From Felis catus (Eukaryota), in assembly GCF_018350175.1 (NCBI RefSeq), contig NC_058373.1:73470001-73534000 (forward strand): DNA of 64,000 bases, in the 5' to 3' direction. Under the pieces are notes generated by a model. That model saw only the letters and a list, made by a program, of their open reading frames with translations, had not been told where the DNA came from and did not search any database. The translations under genes were made by a program, and so were the position numbers. Numbering within the stretch: position 1 is the first letter of the stretch; every line of letters begins with the position of its first letter. Shown here in pieces: positions 46,251 through 64,000 of this stretch.

Positions 46251-46256
46251 TTTAAT
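46251..46256 (-). terminator. Candidate AJUBA poly(A) signal ATTAAA (3'UTR ~2.05 kb)
   Basis: tttaat on + strand in AT-rich context; distance fits a long 3'UTR, but other AATAAA/ATTAAA hexamers lie in the interval. Confidence 0.45.
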
Positions 46257-48293
46257 AATAATAATTCAGAAGAAGCAATCCCAGCTGTAGATCAAGTAAT
46301 CTATCAGAAAATTTATCCCTCCAAAAAAAGTGCATCCCCTCTGCAGTCAGGGGTATGAATGTGAGCTCTTACTCCCCCACACCCTCATGCACAGGCCTCT
46401 CCTCTGCAACCCCAGCTTGGCTGGCACGGTCACCTTAGAATAACCCCTAAACGCGGAATTTCTGTTCTTAGGAGTAATCATTTCTAGTATGAAACTCTAA
46501 GTGACAGGGAATGAAGACTAAGGATTAAAGATTATCAGATTAATTTGCCGAAAACCAATTCACCTACAGACAATTAGTCTAAAATAAGTATTTATCAAAT
46601 CTGCAGCATTTCAAAAGGACTTTAGCAGATTTACCCTTTCACTTTTTATTGTTGTTGTCCACATAACCTTTAATTGTTAGTCAACTGAACATGCCACATG
46701 CCTGCTCATTTGTTTAGAATATATTGGCATTTTTAACAGCAGGAATGTAGAAGTTAGGCCAAAGCATCAAAATCATATTGAGCTCTATTACATTTTCCAA
46801 GGCATCTAATTTGTAAAGGAATATTGAATTAAGAAACACAAAAAAATGATACACAAAATGTCCATACCAATTATATTTATTGCTAGAAACTTTAAACTTT
46901 TTAGAAAAGTGTTTGAAAAGTAGATAACATAGGAAAATGTCCATAAAGGTAGGAAGCAATCTCAACATTACAAAGTGCTGCAAATTTGATAAATTTATGT
47001 TGTTGACAATAATTCAGAAGTACTGTTGGATGAATAGATGTAAATCTTGAAAACACCCAAAACATAACAACGAAACACCTAAATGGCTATAAAAATACCC
47101 CAAAGGGACTGAGCTTTTGGCAAACTGGTCATTAAGTAAACTTTGGCAGCTCTTTCTGCCCACGGGTCCTATTCCCGTGCTTTCAATAAAACCACCTTTT
47201 TTTGCACCCTCCCTGCCCCCCCCTCCAAAACAAGTAAACTTTAAGCATACAAGTCTCCCACGAATTGGCTTTAAAGGAGTCTAGCTTAGGTAAACCGATT
47301 TCAGCCAAACGACTAGAACCAGATCAAAGTGTGTTGCCCCTCTGGCTCCCCAGAACCTCAGAGTTTGGGAGTTGTAGTGGTTATAATCCTAGATTCCTCT
47401 GAGAGGTGGCAGGTCTGGAGTGGTGAGTGACTATTAGGGAACTGGATAAGAGTGACCTGAGAAGAAGGGAGTGAGACAGTGTGTCTATGAATGTGCCTAT
47501 GTGTGTCTACATTGGGCTGGGGGTATCAGTGCACCTATACCTGGGCATGTGCACGGAGCGCGGTTGGCCTGACACTTCTTACATGTCTCACCTGGCACCT
47601 CCACCCCCAAGGACCCACTCATTACTTCCCCAGCTGAGGAGAAGAGGAACCAAGTATGGGCACCCACCTAGCCTTCCCAGGCCCACGTGAGTCCCTGAGA
47701 AATAGGCAATACAGGCAACAGGCCCACTGAGAGCTGTCCCCCTTCCCAGCAGAGGGGTGAGCAGTGCTCCTAGTCTATAGGGAGAAGGTGGCCAAGAAAA
47801 AAACTCATTAATAAGGTCTAGTGTCCATCTCTTCATCCAGATACAAAGACACTGTAGTAAGAACCTGCTGACCCCATACCTGACCCACATGAGGGGTACA
47901 AAAGAGTGAGGAGTGCTCATGATGTCCTCTCTTCCTATAATCCAAAGCTGGAACATCACTTGACTTATGCATAATCAGACACTGGAGATATAGACCAGAA
48001 TCAGACCTTTAGAAAGTACTGGAACTCGCCTGTAGTGTGTGCCTGAATACACGCTACAGCACAGGCTACACACATGGAAAGAAAGCCAGTCACCCCACCA
48101 TGGCAATTGGAAGGTTCCTTCTCCACAATCCATTTGGAATGTCATATCTTTGGGTCTCTGGCCCTTGGGGCCTTCCCCAGAGGGCTCTTCTTCCCGGCCT
48201 GGGAGTGCGTTCCTTGCCTCAGCTGGCCTCAGAGGGGCCCTCTGGCCAGAGGAATTTGTCAATGGTGGCGAAGGCAGCAGTAGTGACTGCAGT

Positions 48294-57310
<9,017 letters not shown>

Positions 57311-58879
57311 GACTTTGTTCCTACTGTGGGGACTGTGGGAGAGACGGAGAGAGACTGGCACAGAAGTAGTGAGACAGGGAGAGTTCCATAAAGAGGGGGA
57401 CAGGGAAAAAGAAAGGTGGATACACAAAGAGGCTCAGAGACGCGTATGTGAAGAACCCAGAAGGGCGATGAAACCCATGTAGAGAGGTGGAAGACAGGTA
57501 GCGAAAGAAAGGGCGAGCCGGAGCAAAGGGGATCGTGGGTGGTACGGAGACCGAAAGATGAACAGACTAAGAAAAAGAAAAATTTATGCATGTCCGGACA
57601 GAATGAGAGACCTACGATAATCTGCAATAAAAAGACACCACTTTCTGAACCCAAAGCTCTGCGACGGTAGGGAGAGAAGGACCTTTAGGGGCTACGTAAA
57701 AGGAGTGGGGAAAAGGGTTGGGGCTAATCTCTACCTTCAGGGTGGGACAGATACAGGAATAGAGACACCCCCTGGTGTTGGGAAATGAGATTTTTAGCAA
57801 CTATTTCAGGTGACTATGGGGATAGAAGGACTGGTTTTAGGGCTAGCGAATGCCTCCCCCTTGGTTGGCCCACAGGAGATTGGTGATAAAGAGTAAGTAT
57901 TAACTTAGGAAGAAGAAGAGAAATGTCCTTTAGATGAGCTAGCAAGTGAAAATGATCAGGGTGGAAAAGGGAAAGAGGCTTCTAATATGGGCCACACTGG
58001 AAGGATCAAGAACAAGGAAAGAAGGAAAGGGGGGGCTGAAACTGAACATACCTAATTAAATACCAGTCAACTGATTTTGCCCTGACTAGCACATCAGGCG
58101 CAAGGGGTGGAGGAGGTAGAATGGAGAAGGAAAATGATTCTTTTGTATTTAGATAGTAAATGAGTATGAAAATTATATGCAAACAAATCATGCATATTAT
58201 TTTCATTTCAACATTTTGAACACCTTTCATAATCTTAGTGTAGCCTTAGGGAATGGTGAAGCAAAGGAGGTTAATATCTTTGGGGAAATTAATTTGGCAC
58301 AAACTATTTGGCTTCTTTGTCCTAGCTGCATTGTCTCCCTGACCTCATCTCTCGGGAGAATCAGCCTCTCTGTTTCCCTATCAGGCCTACAGCTCTTCTC
58401 TGATCCAGAGGAGAGTTCACTATCAGACCAGAAGCAGGGAACACTGAAAGCGTTAGTAACAGAGGGGAGCTATCAGGTTGCATCCAAAACCTGCTGTGAG
58501 CAACATCTTCAGAATTAACCATAAGGCTCTCCCTCCTTTCCTGTCTCCATATGGAGAAGGAAAACCTGGATTCTTCCTTCCTATTACTTACAACCAGAAT
58601 ATCCACAGAACCTCTCATATTTGGAAGCTTTCCCCATTTATAGTGAGGATGGGAGACTGAATCTCTTATGAAAAGTTGAGGAGCCTTTGGTGGTGGCAGC
58701 AGTGGGCACAGTTGGGATCAAGCACCTGTATTTTCAGGGGATAACAGGAAACAGAGACAAATGAAGGGGGAGAGGGATGCACTGAGGGCATACTCCGGTA
58801 GTGCTCATGACCTCAGGGTAATCACTCTTTTGGAGCCAGGAGCTCCACCAGCCCTGTTCTCCCTTCTCAAGACTTTAAT

Positions 58880-59860
58880 TATGAACTATGTACACAGATG
58901 GCTCCCAAATCCCTATCTGTAGCCCAGACATTTTTTTTTTTTAAGGTAAACTCTACGCCCAACATGGTGCTTGAACTCATGACTCTGAGATCAAGAATCC
59001 CATGCTCCACTGATTAAGTCAGCCAGGTGCCCCTTAGCCCAGACTATCTTAGACTTAAAAACTCAGCTGACTACTATCATCTCCACGTGGTTGTCTCAAA
59101 GGCATACAACCCCCTCAACTGACTTCACCTTCTCTGCCTCCTGAAATTGGCCCCTCCAGCATCCCAAGTAAACGGCGCCATTAACCACTTAGATGCTTAT
59201 GCCAGAAACCTGAACGTCAACCTCATGTCCTCCTCCCTCAGCCTTAAGTCCAAGCCCTGTCAATCACCAAGTCCTTTCAGTTCGGCTTCCTAAATCTCTT
59301 TCAAATCCCCTCACCATCACTTTCTGTCTAGCCACCATCTCTTCTCTCCTGAACCACTGCAGGACATCCCCCCTGCCCCCGCCCCGCAAGGCTTTCTTTC
59401 TCCCTGCAATCCATCTTATCCCCAGGGCAAGTGATTCTTATCAAACACAGAACTGACCATCTCATTTCCCTGCTTACCACCTTTGAAGGATTTCTCATGG
59501 CCTTTGAACTAAAGTCTGTACTCTTCAAGATACTTGACAAGGTCTCTGGGTCTCTCCAGCTTTCCTCTGCACCAACTCCTCCCCATCTTTCAGGTATTAC
59601 TTTAAACACCACTCTCTGAGAAGCGTTTCCCCACCACCAGAGTAGGTGAGCCAACCCTGCTGTCTGCTGCCGCTACACCTTCTGCTCCCCCATCACCACC
59701 CTTATCACAGTTCATTTCACTGTCTACTTAACTACCTGGCTTCCTGATTAGATAATAAAACCTAATCGGCATCTAACCTGATCCACAGTGTAACCACAGC
59801 ACCCAACACAGTACCTGACACCTAGTAAGCAATCAGTATTTGTTACATACTGACTGAACA
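58880..59860 (+). mobile_element. L2-like fragment with a short Can-SINE (~58930-59033, -)
   Basis: Pyrimidine-rich L2-type text ending ACAGTACCTGACACCTAGTAAGCAATCAGTATTTGTT..ACTGACTGAAC. Confidence 0.6.
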
Positions 59861-59947
59861 GAAAGCCATTTTTACTTCACAATCCATTCGTAATGCACAA
59901 AGTGTGGGTGTGGGTGTGGGGGGGGTGCACATGTGGGTGTGCGCGTG

Positions 59948-59975
<28 letters not shown>
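59948..59975 (+). repeat. (CA)n microsatellite
   Basis: Read directly. Confidence 0.92.
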
Positions 59976-59978
<3 letters not shown>

Positions 59979-60235
59979 CGTCCTCAAAATACAGTTTGGT
60001 TGACAGGACTAATAGCTACAAAGCCTCATATACTGCTTGGTCACACAGTGGGAGAGCAGCTGCTAGTGACACATGGGAACTCTTTAAGCTTTAATTTCTT
60101 CATGTGTAAGATGGGAATAATAAAATCTGCCTTACATAATTCAATAAACAATAGCTATTATATCTGTATCCCAATTCCCAAATAGAGACACAGCCATGTT
60201 CTGCTCAGAAGCATCAAGCCCATGGCTGAGACTGC

Positions 60236-60249
60236 CCACCAGGTGGCAG
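60236..60249 (+). promoter_or_regulatory. CTCF motif between C14orf93 and AJUBA
   Basis: CCACCAGGTGGCAG is an exact match to the consensus CCASYAGRKGGCRS. Confidence 0.65.
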
Positions 60250-60710
60250 TATTATCCTGGACTGGTTCTGTGCGGCTTCCACTGCAGAGCCAGACCAGCA
60301 GTCATGGGGAAGCAGAAGGTACAACCAGGGCTGCTTCCCCAGAGCTTTGAGTGAAACCAGAAAAAAAAACCAACTCAGAGACTGGGGCAGATGTCAAGAA
60401 GGCCTCATGTTTCTTAGACCCATCCTTCTCCTTTTTTTCAGCTCAGGCTCCCCGAGGCACTATTTATGCTTAGAAATAAGCATTTTCTGGCTTGCCATTC
60501 ACAGTGGGGGGCGGTTTTCCCCCTTCTAGATAAGTCTTTATCCCAGCACAGCTGCTGGCTTCCACTTCCATTGGGGACTGTGTTAAGAAGAGAGACAGAT
60601 TTGCTTTCTCAGACTGCAGAGGACATCTTGTTATTCTGGGAAGCCCCGTGGCCATCCATTTCTGGGACATGGGGAGTGGCAGAAGCCAGAGTTATTCTTG
60701 GTTATAGATT

Positions 60711-63065
60711 TCATTCATCCTTTTCCACTTTGATTTCAATGAAGGAGTTCAAGTCAGGACAACAGGTTTTGTGGGGTTGGTCAAAAGATGGGGAGACAGG
60801 TCCATTCTCATCACCTCCCTCATCTTCCTCTTCTTGGAAATTAGGATTGTAAAGTTCTGGTGGAAGGAGCTGGGCCTCAGCAGAAGGTAATCGGTCTGAG
60901 GGAGGTCCATACACACGGTTGGCTTTTGTGCCATGCTTAGAGTTGGCATCCAGGTGGTAGCAGAGTTCCGTGAGGCGCTGGGCCCGGAAACGGGGAGGCC
61001 GGGCCACCCAGACACCTGGCTCATTAAGACTGTCCTCTTCATCTGACATCAGCTCTTCTGTCACATCCTTCCATAGGCGTTGGTCCTCAGGTCCAAAATG
61101 CCTCATGATGCTGGATCGGTTGGCAAAAAGCTAAGGTAGGAGCCCAGGATAGAGATTAGGAAGAGAGACAGACTAAGGATTAGATTTGGGGAGAGGGGTT
61201 CCGGTAGGAAAGCTGTGTAAAACCTGTGCCTGAGAGAACCTAGCCCCCCTCCCTCCTCCTCTACCTGCTAACATTCCTGGCTCTCAACCCTATTCTCAGA
61301 TGCCAGGTCCTCTGGCCCTTCCCACTGCAGCTCAGTAGGGTTTAGCATTTAGCATCTTGAAAGGAAGGCCTAGAAACCTACCCGGTATCTGCGACTTCGA
61401 AGCTTCTTCTCCTCTTTTTCCTTCAGGCCTTTAAAGGGGTTCAGGGAATTGCGGTACTCACGCCTCTTAGTAAGGAAGTAGGCTACACAGGCTCCTGGGA
61501 GGAGGGAGAAGGGAGGGGGCAGAGAGCAGGGTCCTCTGAACCAGGTCCTCAGCCCTTTTTTCTGCCCTAACACTGTTGGCTGGGAAGGTGAGGGTCCCTC
61601 TAGATGGTGGGCTTTCTCATAGACCCATCAGCAGGTATTTACTCCTCTTTGGTTTAGCTCTCTCTGCTCACCTCCATGTCCAGCATTGACTCCACCCATA
61701 TCTCCCCCTGGGAACACAAGTCCAAGCTTCTGTAACTCCCTCCCTGGCCCTTGACTCAATTAAACCCACTCCCATTCTACTCTGCTGGTAGTAGATTCAA
61801 GTGCTTTTTCAACAGCAGCTTTCTAAATGCTTCAGGGTTAGCTACAAGCAAAAAACAGAAGAGTAAGGAAAGTAGAAAACCCAGGACATAATATTTAGGG
61901 ACAAAAGGGCAGGCCTGGGGCACCTGAGTGGGTTAGTCGGTTGAGCGTCAGACTCTTGATCTCAGCTCAGGTCATGATCTCAAGGTTCTGTCGGTGAGTT
62001 CAAGCCCTTTGTTGGGCTCTGCACTGACACGTGGAGCCTGCTTGGGATTCTCTCTCTCCCTCTCTCTCTGCCCCTCCCTCACTTGAGTGAGCACGCACAT
62101 CTTAAACTAAATAAATAAACTTAAAAAAACAGAAAGGGCAGGACTGGATTCTGACTTCCTTTTCTTTCTTTTTTTTTTTACTTTATTTTTTTTTAACATT
62201 TATTTATTTTTGAGACAGAGAGAGACAGAGCATGAATGGGGGAGGGTCAGAGAGAGGGAGACACAAAATCTGAAACAGGCTCCAGGCTCTGAGCTGTCAG
62301 CACAGAGCTGGACGCAGGGCTCGAACTCACGGACCGCGAGATCATGACCTGAGCCGAAGTCGGCTGCCTAACCGACTGAGCCACCCAGGTGCCCCCTGAC
62401 TTCCTTTTCATAACACCCTAGATTCAGGCCCCGCAGAAACATCATGCACGCTGGTTTCAGCCCTTTCCTTTTCCCATTTTCAGTTCAAGCGGGGCAGGGG
62501 AATAAAAAAGCAATTAGAAACAATTCTGTGAAGAAGATGTGAGAATAGCCCAAAAATTTTATTTTAAGTCCACTCTTTTGAAAACCACCCAAATCATCTC
62601 CATTATGCCTCTACTCTGAACAAGAACAGTGAGTGGAAAAAGATGAGATGGGAGTTAATTCAGTTTTTTCTCACCTTTCAGCTCCTTATCAGTGTAATTG
62701 TGGGGACTGGTCACCAGCTCCTGCTTGAGCTTTTCCAGAAGGAACTTCACTACTGAAATATTCCAAGAGGACTTGATGCTGCCACAAAGATCATGAACAA
62801 GGCAGTCAGCATTTTGAAAGCCAGAAAAACAGAGATTCCTGGCATGAATCAACTGTGTGGTAAATGCCCTCACGGCCAAGGGCAGGATGCAAGGGGCAAT
62901 GGTGAGAGCAAAGCCTTAGCCTCATTGTTACACTGGAACAGCCCTCTAGTTCCCTCTCCTTGGCAGAGTACCTTATGATTGTTTTCCCTCAAGGGGATCG
63001 TACCTTTCAGACCCATTGAATCTCTTGTCGTTGGTGATGTGGTTATGCACATTGTGGACCAATTT
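60711..63065 (-). CDS. C14orf93: C14orf93 homolog, last four coding exons (gene continues right of the window)
   Basis: Exons 63004-63065 (KLVHNVHNHITNDKRFNGSES), 62675-62778 (IKSSWNISVVKFLLEKLKQELVTSPHNYTDKELK), 61382-61494 (GACVAYFLTKRREYRNSLNPFKGLKEKEEKKLRSRRYR) and 60711-61130 (LFANRSSIMRHFGPEDQ...IKVEKDE*); phases consistent; position fits recalled synteny. Confidence 0.9.
61917..62396. mobile_element. Tail-to-tail Can-SINE pair: 61917-62130 (+) and 62165-62396 (-)
   Basis: Heads and tails; TSD TGACTTCCTTTT around the second copy. Confidence 0.9.
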
Positions 63066-64000
63066 CTAGGCGAAAAAACAAACACAGATTCAAGCTGAGA
63101 GTGTATATGATGGAACCCTCCTCTGTTCCCTAGGCATTGTCTCTATGGGGTTCTCTGCCTGAATCCTTCCCATAGCCTGGGCACCATTTCTGATGATACT
63201 CTTTCTTAGCCAGAGAGCCTATCCAAGTCAGTACTTCTAATGTCCCCCCTTTTTTGGTCCTTTTCATTTAATTTGTATGTGGCTCTAGGATCATCCCTGG
63301 TCTTACTTTTCTGTTCCTGGGGAATATGATCAGTAGAGCAAAAGGTCTCAGACATTTTCACAAACATACTCCTTACAAATAGCCAGGAGAGAGCAAATAT
63401 ACACCAAGACTACTGCAAGTGGACATTTCTTGAGGCCCCCTATTCTTGCAAATTTTAAAGTTTTCTTTACAATATATCTGTATTTTTTTTAATCTAAAAA
63501 TGTCTTCCAATCTTTTAGTACAATTGATGACCCAGGAAAATGCCCTAGGTGTATATATCCTTTTGCACATTACCACAAGTCCCAGGGGTATACACACCAT
63601 GGTCTGAAAAACACAAACCTAAAATAACAGAAATGTGAAATGCAAAGGACCTTGGAGACTCTATCACCCAACCTCCCTTTCACATCATCGAACAGGCTTT
63701 CAGCTTTGCTTACACACCTTTAATAATGGGTTCTCACTAGTTTTTTGGGCCAGCTTATTTTACTGTTGAACATCTCTAATTGTTAAAAAGTTTTGCCTTA
63801 GACTCCAAAACCTGACAGTTTTGCCTATAACGGCACCTAACATCTTTGAAGACAGGTCTCATGTACTCCCCAAATCTTCTCCTATTCAGTCTAAATATCC
63901 CCAAGTCCTTCAGCCATTCCTCATGACAGTTTCCAAACAGACTCTTCATGAAACCATCAGGCTCTCTGGCTTGCCAGTGTCCCTTGGACAACATGGCACT

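Noticed and set aside
46540-47335. Loosely inverted GCCGAAAACCAATT / TTTTGGCAAACTGG motifs in the AJUBA 3'UTR region, possibly an old DNA transposon
   Set aside because: Too degenerate to define ends or family by eye.
60463-60468. CATAAA as the C14orf93 poly(A) signal
   Set aside because: A plausible variant hexamer, but the 3' end cannot be fixed from sequence alone.

Overview
Eukaryotic genomic DNA from a carnivore, most likely a felid, judged by the dense tRNA-derived Can-SINEs of SINEC_Fc type and carnivore L1 3' ends. It matches the conserved mammalian block RBM23(5' end)-PRMT5-tRNA-Arg(ACG)-HAUS4-AJUBA-C14orf93(3' end); all protein genes are on the minus strand. I rebuilt exon chains by hand from GT-AG boundaries. 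PRMT5 has 17 coding exons (1914 nt, 637 aa) if exon 3 and most of exon 5, which fall in N-gaps, have their usual lengths. HAUS4 has 9 coding exons (363 aa), AJUBA has 8 (548 aa), and the last 4 coding exons of C14orf93 are present. I see no prokaryote-type system and no new protein-coding gene. The most unusual signals are lineage-specific retroposition events: (i) a SINE whose target-site duplication (TSD) copied the HAUS4 exon-9 splice donor, creating a possible poison splice option; (ii) a ~1.3 kb 3'UTR retrocopy (recalled as HNRNPA3-like) with a sense poly(A) signal in PRMT5 intron 6, both of whose TSD copies were hit again by SINEs; (iii) a tailless 5' half of tRNA-Gly(TCC) inserted into a SINE; (iv) an out-of-frame counterpart of the human PRMT5 alternative first exon; (v) uORFs and a hairpin in the AJUBA leader; (vi) a probable gene-conversion tract between two SINEs. 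Gene and repeat names come from recognition from memory, not database searches; repeat boundaries are approximate.
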